Assembly (NCBI GenBank): GCA_035462935.1
Contig: DATHTS010000296.1
Location: 1 to 30,652 of the forward strand
Source of the DNA: Pyrinomonadaceae bacterium
GTDB lineage: Bacteria > Acidobacteriota > Blastocatellia > Pyrinomonadales > Pyrinomonadaceae
DNA length: 30,652 bases
Direction: 5' to 3'
Both the position numbers and the translations under genes were made by a program. Of the stretch, positions 1-7,541 are shown piece by piece. Position 1 is the first letter of the stretch, and each line of letters begins with the position of its first letter. Under the pieces are notes generated by a model. The model saw nothing but the letters and a program-made list of their open reading frames with translations. It had not been told where the DNA came from and ran no database searches.

Positions 1-1
1 C

Positions 2-895
2 AAAGCCATCAAGTTTTACGAGCTCGCCGTCGCTCTCGATCCGAATTACGCTCTGGCTCATATAGCGATTGCCGAATATTACGTTTTTCTCGGAATTCAC
101 TGCATCATCCCGTTTGCTGAAAGCAGCCGTTTGGCTAAAGAAGCGGCGGAAAAAGCGGCGGCGATTGATCCGACCTGCGCCGACGCGCAAGCCGCGCTGG
201 GCATTGCCGCCATCAATTATGATTTCGATTGGAAGGCGTCTGAAAATTATCTGCTTCGCGCCATCGAAATCAATCCAAATTCGATTTTAGCGCACAATTG
301 GTATCAGGCTTTGCTTCTTCAGACCGGGCGTTTTGATCAGGTAATGGAGGAACTCGACCGCATTTTTCAGCTAAACCCGGATGCGCTTCTCAGTCTTCAT
401 TATCTGGCTTGGGCGCATTACCACTCGCGGCGTTTTGACGAATCAATCGAAGTTCACCGCCGGATGCTTTCAAGCGAGCCGCTTTACGCCTGGGGACGCT
501 TAACTTTTAGCTGGGCGCTGAGAAGCGCGGGGCAGCGCGAAGAAGCCTTGACGCAAGCGCAAAAAGCTATGGAATACTCAACCGGAAACTTGATGTATCC
601 GACCGCGCTTGCCGCCGCGCAAGCCGAAGCCGGGCTGCGCGAAACCGCGCTTGAAACGTTGGAAAAAATCAATCAAATGGCGAAAACAAAATACGTTTCG
701 CCATTTATGCTCGCCATCGTTTATTGCAGTTTGAAGGATAAGGAACGCACTTTTGAGCAGCTTGAAAAAGCTCTGGACGAAAAAGATGTTTGGGCTGTCT
801 GGCTCGGAGTTGATCCGCAGTTTGATTTGATTAGAAATGATGAGCGTTATCAGGATTTGCTGCGGCGGATGAACCATCCTCTTGCAGAAAGTTAA
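2..895 (+). CDS. TPR-repeat protein, C-terminal part (5' end outside window)
   Basis: The frame of ORF 131..895 is open back to base 2 (KAIKFYELAVALDPNYALAHIAIAEYY...). It has repeated TPR-like helices (A..LDP..A.A; RAIEINPNS; RIFQLNPD) and ends WLGVDPQFDLIRNDERYQDLLRRM, typical of kinase/wHTH-TolB-TPR proteins. Confidence 0.85.
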   Translation, partial: KAIKFYELAVALDPNYALAHIAIAEYYVFLGIHCIIPFAESSRLAKEAAEKAAAIDPTCADAQAALGIAAINYDFDWKASENYLLRAIEINPNSILAHNWYQALLLQTGRFDQVMEELDRIFQLNPDALLSLHYLAWAHYHSRRFDESIEVHRRMLSSEPLYAWGRLTFSWALRSAGQREEALTQAQKAMEYSTGNLMYPTALAAAQAEAGLRETALETLEKINQMAKTKYVSPFMLAIVYCSLKDKERTFEQLEKALDEKDVWAVWLGVDPQFDLIRNDERYQDLLRRMNHPLAES

Positions 896-1007
896 TTTAA
901 TGCTTTGTAAAATCTCAGTCGCAACCGAAATGACTACACCTTAACACTTTTGGTAAAATTCAAAAGACCAATCCGCAGAAGAAAACAGAAAATCAAAAGG
1001 GAGAAAA

Positions 1008-2603
1008 ATGAAAATCATTGATCGCCGCCAATTTTTGGAAATCACCGCGCTCGGAAGCGCTGCCGCCGTTATGAGCAAAACAAAAAAAGTGTCGGCGCAG
1101 ACAGACGCCGATTCATTTGAATTGGAAGAAAAAACCATTCTCGAATTGCAGGGAATGATGCAGAGAGGCGAGATTACCGCCCGCGAAATCGCTCAAAAAT
1201 ATTTGGACAGGATCAGAACGGTTGATAAAAAAATCAACTCGATTATCGAAATCAACCCGGACGCTCTGCAAATCGCCGAAAGGCTCGACGCCGAGCGCAA
1301 AGCGGGAAAAGTTCGCGGCAATCTTCACGGCATTCCCATTATTCTTAAAGACAATATTGACACGGCGGACAAAATGAAAACGACTGCCGGAAGTCTCGCT
1401 TTAATGGATGCGCCGACGCCGAAGCGCGACGCTTTTCTGGTTGAACAACTGCGAGAAGCGGGCGCAGTGATTTTGGCGAAAACAAACCTGAGCGAATGGG
1501 CGAATTTCCGCTCGACCAGTTCGACAAGCGGCTGGTCAGGTCGCGGCGGGCAAACGCGCAACCCGTATATTTTAGACCGCAACGCCTGCGGTTCTTCGAC
1601 CGGTTCGGGCGCGGCAATCGCGGCGAATCTGGCGGCGGCGGCAATCGGCACGGAAACCGACGGCTCGATTGTCTGCCCGGCTTCCGTCACCGGGATTGTC
1701 GGGTTAAAACCGACGCTCGGTTTGATTTCCCGAAGCGGCATTATTCCGATTGCCCATAGCCAGGACACGGCGGGACCGATGACGCGCACCGTTACGGACG
1801 CCGCTATAGTTCTAAACGCAATGACGGCGGTTGACCCGCGCGATTCGGCGACTGCGCAGAATAAAACAAAGGCTGAAAAGGATTACACCAAGTTTTTGCA
1901 GGCGGACGGCTTAAAGGGCGCGAAAATCGGCGTCGCCCGCGATTATTGGGGCAAAAACCCGGAAGTTGATAAGTTGATGAATGCTCAGCTCGAAGTTTTG
2001 AAACAGCAGGGTGCGACATTAATTGATGCGAAATTTCCGAATCTCGAAAAAATCGGCGATGCCGAATTTGAAGTTTTGCTTTATGAATTTAAAGCCGATC
2101 TGAACAAATATCTCGCCGAAAGAAATGCGCCGCATAAAACATTGAAAGATTTGATCGAGTTTAACGAAAAAAACAAAGACCGCGAAATGCCTTATTTCGG
2201 TCAGGAGATTTTTCTACAAGCACAGGAAAAAGCGGATTTGGACGACCGCGCATATCGTCTGGCTCTGCTGCAATCCAAAGTTCTGACGCAGGATAAGGGA
2301 ATTGACGAGGTTATGGATAAAAACTCGCTGGACGCGATTGTCGCGCCTTCCAACGCGCCGGTTTGGACGATTGATCTGGTAAACGGCGATTGCGGAGGCA
2401 ATTACATTTCCAGCTCAACACTGGCAGCGGTTGCGGGCTATCCGAATATCACCGTTCCAGCCGGTTTTATAAAAGAATTGCCGATTGGCATTTCCTTTTT
2501 CGGACGGGCTTATTCCGAACCGACGCTGCTCAAAATCGCTTATGCCTTTGAGCAGGCAACGAAAGCCCGTAGAAAGCCGAAATTTCTGGCGAGCATCAGT
2601 TAA
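1008..2603 (+). CDS. Amidase signature family enzyme with Tat signal peptide
   Basis: Motifs ILKDNIDT, CGSSTGS and GTETDGSIVCPAS (Lys-cisSer-Ser triad pattern). The N-terminus DRRQFL...VSAQ is a twin-arginine signal. Confidence 0.92.
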   Translation: MKIIDRRQFLEITALGSAAAVMSKTKKVSAQTDADSFELEEKTILELQGMMQRGEITAREIAQKYLDRIRTVDKKINSIIEINPDALQIAERLDAERKAGKVRGNLHGIPIILKDNIDTADKMKTTAGSLALMDAPTPKRDAFLVEQLREAGAVILAKTNLSEWANFRSTSSTSGWSGRGGQTRNPYILDRNACGSSTGSGAAIAANLAAAAIGTETDGSIVCPASVTGIVGLKPTLGLISRSGIIPIAHSQDTAGPMTRTVTDAAIVLNAMTAVDPRDSATAQNKTKAEKDYTKFLQADGLKGAKIGVARDYWGKNPEVDKLMNAQLEVLKQQGATLIDAKFPNLEKIGDAEFEVLLYEFKADLNKYLAERNAPHKTLKDLIEFNEKNKDREMPYFGQEIFLQAQEKADLDDRAYRLALLQSKVLTQDKGIDEVMDKNSLDAIVAPSNAPVWTIDLVNGDCGGNYISSSTLAAVAGYPNITVPAGFIKELPIGISFFGRAYSEPTLLKIAYAFEQATKARRKPKFLASIS

Positions 2604-2618
2604 AACTTCGCTTTATTA

Positions 2619-3359
2619 ATGAAAAAAGAGCGCATAGACAAACTGCTGGTTGATCTCGGTCTGGCGGAATCACGCACAAAGGCGCAGGCTTTAATAATGG
2701 CAGGCGTTGTTTTGGTCAACGAACAACGCGTCGAAAAGCCTTCGCAGGAATTTTTCGGCAATGAAAACATCAGAATCAAGGGCGAAAGTGCCGAAACCAA
2801 ATACGTCGGACGCGGCGGGCTGAAACTCGAAAAAGCCTTGGGAGATTTTCAAATTCGCGTCGGCGAATATGTTTGTCTTGATGTCGGCGCTTCCACAGGC
2901 GGTTTTACCGATTGTCTTCTGCAAAACGGGGCGAAGAAAGTTTATACGGTTGATGTCGGAACAAATCAATTGGATTGGAAACTTCGTAATGACGAACGAG
3001 TTGAGGTTCGGGAAAATGTCAATGCCCGGCATCTAAAACCGGAAGATTTTCCCGAAAAATTCGATTTGATTGTGATGGATGTTTCCTTCATCTCGGTTAC
3101 AAAAATTCTGCCTCCGCTTGTTGATCTTTTAAAAGATAGGGGAAAAATTATTACTCTGATAAAACCGCAATTTGAAGTAGGAAAAGGCGAAGTGGGAAAA
3201 GGCGGAATTGTTCGAGATGCTGAAAAACATGACCGCGTCATTTCTGAAGTAAACGATTTTGCCGAAAAAATCGGCTTAAAAATTTCCGGTGTAATTGATT
3301 CACCGATTTTGGGTGCCGAAGGGAATAAGGAGTTCTTGGCTTTGTATGAAAAAGGTTGA
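2619..3359 (+). CDS. tlyA: TlyA-family rRNA 2'-O-methyltransferase (S4 + FtsJ-like domains)
   Basis: KERIDKLLV S4 start, YVGRGGLKL, LDVGASTGGFTD SAM motif, DVSFIS, LIKPQFE, SPILGAEGNKEFL. Confidence 0.95.
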   Translation: MKKERIDKLLVDLGLAESRTKAQALIMAGVVLVNEQRVEKPSQEFFGNENIRIKGESAETKYVGRGGLKLEKALGDFQIRVGEYVCLDVGASTGGFTDCLLQNGAKKVYTVDVGTNQLDWKLRNDERVEVRENVNARHLKPEDFPEKFDLIVMDVSFISVTKILPPLVDLLKDRGKIITLIKPQFEVGKGEVGKGGIVRDAEKHDRVISEVNDFAEKIGLKISGVIDSPILGAEGNKEFLALYEKG

Positions 3360-3528
3360 ACGTAGAACCGAAGGCAAAGAAAAATTTGTCGAGGGAGTTG
3401 ATTATTATTTTGAAAACGGCTTGATGGTTTTAACTGAACATTTTCTTATCAAGCGCGGCTATTGCTGCGAAAACGGGTGTCGGCATTGTCCTTATCCAAA
3501 AGAAAAGCGAAAAACTCAAAAATTATAG
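3346..3528 (+). CDS. Small Cys-motif protein (DUF5522-like), 60 aa
   Basis: ATG at 3346 follows AAGGAG (3327-3332) and overlaps the tlyA end by 14 nt. Sequence DYYFENGLMVLTEHFLIKRGYCCENGCRHCPY. The track ORF start at 3295 is probably too long. Confidence 0.8.
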   Translation: MKKVERRTEGKEKFVEGVDYYFENGLMVLTEHFLIKRGYCCENGCRHCPYPKEKRKTQKL

Positions 3529-3972
3529 AAGAAAAGTCTCCAGCTCCTGTTTTGGTTCTGCTGATATATGCGTTTCGACAAATGTTTCCGGTTTTGGCGC
3601 GCGGGCAATTGTAACCGGAACTTCAACCGCGCAGCAAACAACATCAACAAGGTTTTCATACTCCTTCTGCATCGTATCCTGGGAAGCCAGCCATATAAGC
3701 GTATCCTGTAAAATGCGTGCTGCGTTATCGTCTTCCGGTTCGACGATTTTATAATGCATCCATTTGCCCTCGCGCCTTGCTTCCACAACGCCCGCATTTC
3801 TCAAATACGCAAGATGCCGCGAAATTTTTGGCTGGCTCTCGCCCAAAACTTCCGTGAAAAAGCAAACGCAAATTTCATCCTGGCGCATAAGATTTAGCAG
3901 ACGAAGACGAGTCTTATCGGCTAGCGCCAGAAACAAAGTTTCCATATCTGATAGGATTTTTTCACTGCTCAT
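3523..3972 (-). CDS. arsR: ArsR/SmtB-family metalloregulatory repressor
   Basis: LADKTRLRLL, EICVC, SQPKISRHLAYLRNAGVVEARREGKW wHTH. It is divergent from the arsI-arsC operon. Confidence 0.9.
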   Translation of the reverse strand: MSSEKILSDMETLFLALADKTRLRLLNLMRQDEICVCFFTEVLGESQPKISRHLAYLRNAGVVEARREGKWMHYKIVEPEDDNAARILQDTLIWLASQDTMQKEYENLVDVVCCAVEVPVTIARAPKPETFVETHISAEPKQELETFLL

Positions 3973-4005
3973 ATAAAAAAAATATCACAAAATCGTATTT
4001 TTGTC

Positions 4006-4034
4006 TTGACAAATCATTTTAGCAAGAATATATT
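4006..4034 (+). promoter_or_regulatory. sigma70-type promoter of the ars operon
   Basis: TTGACA (4006-4011), 17-nt spacer, TATATT (4029-4034). Confidence 0.65.
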
Positions 4035-4042
4035 TGTCTTAA

Positions 4043-4064
4043 CATATACGTCAAAACGTATATG
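4043..4064. promoter_or_regulatory. Putative ArsR operator (9-4-9 perfect inverted repeat)
   Basis: CATATACGT-CAAA-ACGTATATG lies just downstream of the predicted -10 box, between divergent arsR and arsI. Confidence 0.65.
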
Positions 4065-4089
4065 AAATTCAAAACAATGGAGCAATTTT

Positions 4090-4542
4090 ATGAAAACACA
4101 TGTTTCTTTAAATGTTAAGGATGTCGCGCAGAGCGTCGAGTTCTACAAAAAAATGTTTGGTATCGAACCGTTCAAGTTGAGATCGGACTACGCGAAATTT
4201 GATGTCGCTAACCCGCCGCTTAATCTTTCAATGACTCAGATTTCATTTGAAAGAGGCGGCTCGCTTTCGCATCTCGGCTTACAGGTCGAATCAACCGAAG
4301 AAGTTCTGGCAATCGGCAAGCGTTGGGTTGAAAATGGATTGACTACGCTGGACGAGATGAAGACCGATTGCTGCTACGCGCTTCAGGATAAAACCTGGGT
4401 GCAGGACCCGGACGGAAATCGCTGGGAAGTTTTCACGGTTCTGGAAAATACCGAGGGAATCGAGAATGCGGCTTCCGCTTGTTGCGCCCCGACGGAAAAA
4501 ACGGTTAGCATTACAAGTTCTGCAAAAACTTCTTGCTGCTAA
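4090..4542 (+). CDS. arsI: ArsI/CadI-family VOC dioxygenase (C-As lyase)
   Basis: VOC fold pattern with putative Fe ligands (KTHV, SHLG, WEVF) and the diagnostic vicinal-Cys motif TDCCYALQDKTWVQDPDGNRWE. Located in an ars context. Confidence 0.88.
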   Translation: MKTHVSLNVKDVAQSVEFYKKMFGIEPFKLRSDYAKFDVANPPLNLSMTQISFERGGSLSHLGLQVESTEEVLAIGKRWVENGLTTLDEMKTDCCYALQDKTWVQDPDGNRWEVFTVLENTEGIENAASACCAPTEKTVSITSSAKTSCC

Positions 4543-4551
4543 TCAAAACAA

Positions 4552-5727
4552 ATGAGCGAAAAATCTTTTTCAACTTTGACAGTTCACGCGGGCGAAGATT
4601 TGACGGAAAACCACGGCGCGGTTTCCGTTCCGATTTACAATGCGTCAGTCTTCGCCTTTTCCGATGCCGACACAGGCGCGGCGATTCATAATCATCAAAG
4701 GGAAGGTTATTTTTACGGGCGTTTGGGAAACCCGACGCAAACGGCATTGGAGAGAGCAATGCGCGAGCTTGAAAATGGGGAGGACGCGCTGGCGTTCGCT
4801 TCGGGGATGGCGGCGGTTTCGGCGGCGGTTTTGACGCTGGTAAAATCAGGCGATCATATTGTCGCGCCAGACTCGATGTATTCGACGACGACGAATTTTT
4901 TTAATGAATTATCCGAAAAATTCGGAATCGAAACGACTTTCGTTGATGCGGTTGATGCGGAAAATTATGCTGAAGCGGCAAGACCGGAAACAAAGATTTT
5001 CTGGCTTGAAACACCTTCCAATCCGCTTTTGAAAATTACGGATATTGAAGCGGTTGCGAAAATTGCCAAGGAAAAGAATATTAAAACGATTGCCGACAAC
5101 ACTTTTGCCACGCCGTTCAATCAGCGTCCGCTCAAACTCGGAGTTGATCTTGTCATTCACAGCGCGACGAAATATCTCGGCGGGCATAGCGATTTAACCG
5201 CCGGTTTGATTGTCGGGAAAAGGGAAATTGTTGAAAAAGCCAGATTACACACAACAAAACTTTACGGCGGAAATATCGCGCCGCAAACGGCTTGGCTGGT
5301 TTTGCGCGGGATAAAAACTTTGGCTTTGCGGATGGAAAGGCATAATCAAAACGCATCTGCAATAGCGAATATGTTGTCCGCTCATCCGAAAGTTAAAGCC
5401 GTTTTTTATCCGGGACTGGAAAAACATCAAAATCATGAAATTGCCGCAAAACAAATGAAAGGCTTTGGCGGGATGGTCGCGTTTGATGTCGGTGGAACTG
5501 AAAACGGAAAAAATCTGGTTAATAATGTCGAGATTTGCACTCTGGCAACATCGCTCGGCGGTGTGGAAACGATTATTCAGCATTCGGCTTCGATGACACA
5601 CGCTACGCTTTCACGGGAAGACCGCCTTAAAGCCGGAGTTACTGATGGTTTGATTCGTTTGTCAGTTGGCATTGAGGATGAAAAAGATTTGATTGCGGAT
5701 TTGGAGAACGCTTTAAATCAAATTTAG
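4552..5727 (+). CDS. PLP-dependent trans-sulfuration enzyme (cystathionine gamma-synthase/lyase, methionine gamma-lyase family)
   Basis: YGRLGNPT, FASGMAAV, ETPSNP, DNTFATP, HSATKYLGGHSD (PLP Lys), SLGG, RLSVGIE. Confidence 0.92.
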   Translation: MSEKSFSTLTVHAGEDLTENHGAVSVPIYNASVFAFSDADTGAAIHNHQREGYFYGRLGNPTQTALERAMRELENGEDALAFASGMAAVSAAVLTLVKSGDHIVAPDSMYSTTTNFFNELSEKFGIETTFVDAVDAENYAEAARPETKIFWLETPSNPLLKITDIEAVAKIAKEKNIKTIADNTFATPFNQRPLKLGVDLVIHSATKYLGGHSDLTAGLIVGKREIVEKARLHTTKLYGGNIAPQTAWLVLRGIKTLALRMERHNQNASAIANMLSAHPKVKAVFYPGLEKHQNHEIAAKQMKGFGGMVAFDVGGTENGKNLVNNVEICTLATSLGGVETIIQHSASMTHATLSREDRLKAGVTDGLIRLSVGIEDEKDLIADLENALNQI

Positions 5728-5730
5728 AGA

Positions 5731-6402
5731 ATGAATTTAGCGCGAAAACTAACGGCTGAGTTTTTAGGCACGGCTGGATTGCTGGCGGTTGTCGTCGGTT
5801 CGGGAATAATGGGCGAAAATCTGGCGGGCGGAAATGTCGCTATCGCATTGCTGGCGAACACCATTGCGACGGGCGCGGGTTTAGCTTTTCTGATTTTGAG
5901 CTTTATTGATATTTCGGGGGCGCATTTTAATCCGGCGGTAAGTTTGACTGAAGCTTGGCGCGGAAGTTTGAGCTGGCGCAATTGCTTGTTTTATCTGCAA
6001 GCGCAGATTTTGGGTGCTTTCGCCGGTGTCGGATTAGCAAACTTGATGTTTGAACTGCCGGCTTTTTCCGCCTCGACAAAAATCAGAGCCGGAAACGCGC
6101 AATTTTTAAGCGAATTTGTGGCAACATTTGGATTGATTGCCGTTATTCAGGCGGGAATTAAATTTCGTCCGAATTTAATTCCATTTATGGTCGCCAGCTA
6201 CATAACTTCGGCTTATTGGTTTACGAGTTCAACATCTTTTGCGAATCCGGTTGTAACTTTGGCGCGTTCGGCTTCGAATACTTTTGCCGGGATAAATCCG
6301 AAAAATATCCCGTCGTTTTTGATAGCGCAGCTTCTCGGCGCATTTGCGGCAACTTTGGTTTTCGGCTGGCTTTTAAAGGATGAGGAAATAGAAAATGTCT
6401 GA
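5731..6402 (+). CDS. MIP-family channel, ars-operon aquaglyceroporin (AqpS-like)
   Basis: About 6 hydrophobic segments with SGAHFNPAVS and TSSTSFANPVVT loops. Overlaps the arsC start. Confidence 0.88.
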   Translation: MNLARKLTAEFLGTAGLLAVVVGSGIMGENLAGGNVAIALLANTIATGAGLAFLILSFIDISGAHFNPAVSLTEAWRGSLSWRNCLFYLQAQILGAFAGVGLANLMFELPAFSASTKIRAGNAQFLSEFVATFGLIAVIQAGIKFRPNLIPFMVASYITSAYWFTSSTSFANPVVTLARSASNTFAGINPKNIPSFLIAQLLGAFAATLVFGWLLKDEEIENV

Positions 6403-6823
6403 AAAAATCTTAATACTTTGCACGGGAAATTCCGCTCGGAGCCAAATGGCGGAAGGGTTATTAAAATATATCTGCCGAAGTGAATATGAAGTTTTCAGCG
6501 CCGGAACAAAGCCTTCGGCTGTGCGCCCGGAAGCGATAAAAGCTTTGGCGGAAATCGGGATTGATATTTCCGGCAATCGCTCGAAATCGGTTGACGAGTT
6601 TGCAAACGCGGAAATTGATTACGTTTTAACGGTTTGCGACAACGCGCAGGAAAATTGCCCGTATTTTCCTGCGAAAACAAAATTGATTCATCAAAGCTTT
6701 GAAGACCCGGCGACGGTTGAGGGAGATGAAGAAACTCGTTTGAAAGCCTTTCGCGCCGCGCGCGACCAAATTAGGACTTATTTGGAAGAAACATTTCTTC
6801 CAATGGTTAAAGCAAATAAATAA
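6395..6823 (+). CDS. arsC: Thioredoxin-type arsenate reductase (LMW-PTP fold)
   Basis: P-loop LCTGNSARSQMAEG, CX6C pair TVCDNAQENCP, FEDPA. Confidence 0.9.
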   Translation: MSEKILILCTGNSARSQMAEGLLKYICRSEYEVFSAGTKPSAVRPEAIKALAEIGIDISGNRSKSVDEFANAEIDYVLTVCDNAQENCPYFPAKTKLIHQSFEDPATVEGDEETRLKAFRAARDQIRTYLEETFLPMVKANK

Positions 6824-6833
6824 AGCAAACTGC

Positions 6834-6862
6834 TTGAGATTTTATTGAATCCAAAGTAACAT
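6834..6862 (+). promoter_or_regulatory. Possible sigma70-type promoter for the IscA/HesB gene
   Basis: TTGAGA (6834-6839), 17-nt spacer, TAACAT (6857-6862). Confidence 0.35.
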
Positions 6863-6934
6863 TGAAATTAATGTAAAGATTTAGTTTAGGCTAAATCCGA
6901 CAAATATTTAATAAGGAGAATTTAATATAAAAAT

Positions 6935-7291
6935 ATGGCAGCAGTAGCAGCACCGTCCGTTGAATTAAACGTAAGTTCAGCGGCGGCGGAAGAAGTGAAA
7001 AAATTTATGGCGAACGAAGAAGATTTACCGGAAACGGCTGGTCTTCGCGTGCGCGTCGTTCCGGGCGGATGTTCGGGATTTCAATACAGCCTGAATATAG
7101 AAGAAGAATCGCGGCAAGGCGATTTCATCGTTGAAGAACACGGCGTCCGGCTTTTCGTTGATATGTTCAGCGCGCAGTATCTGAACGGCGTAACGATTGA
7201 TTACACATCGAATATGATGGGTTCGGGCTTTACATTTGAAAACCCGAATGCGACCGGCGGATGCGGATGCGGTTCTTCGTTTACGGCTTAG
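6935..7291 (+). CDS. A-type Fe-S cluster carrier (HesB/IscA/ErpA family)
   Basis: LRVRVVPGGCSGFQY and ENPNATGGCGCGSSF motifs. Confidence 0.95.
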   Translation: MAAVAAPSVELNVSSAAAEEVKKFMANEEDLPETAGLRVRVVPGGCSGFQYSLNIEEESRQGDFIVEEHGVRLFVDMFSAQYLNGVTIDYTSNMMGSGFTFENPNATGGCGCGSSFTA

Positions 7292-7352
7292 TGTTTTGGG
7301 AAAAAATTAACTGTACGCGGATATTGAAACTCAGCGTTCATGCGGTTTTTAT

Positions 7353-7389
7353 AAAAGATGAAGGCAATTTGTCTTCATCTTTTTATTTT
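7353..7389 (+). terminator. Intrinsic terminator after the IscA-family gene
   Basis: AAAAGATGAAGGC-AATTT-GTCTTCATCTTTT stem-loop (one G-T pair) followed by a T-rich tract. Confidence 0.65.
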
Positions 7390-7541
7390 AAATAATGTTT
7401 GGAAATTAAACATCAAAACCGCGTTACAAAAAGATAGATTTATCGGTGAAATTTGTTATGATTGGAAAGCAAACGTTTATTTAATCTGAATTAACCTGAG
7501 AAAAAACATCTCATTCAATTTATAAAAGGAAGACATTTCAA

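Noticed and set aside
6395-6823. ArsC P-loop CTGNSAR instead of CTGNSCR
   Set aside because: The replaced Cys is non-catalytic. The nucleophilic Cys and the CX6C pair are intact.
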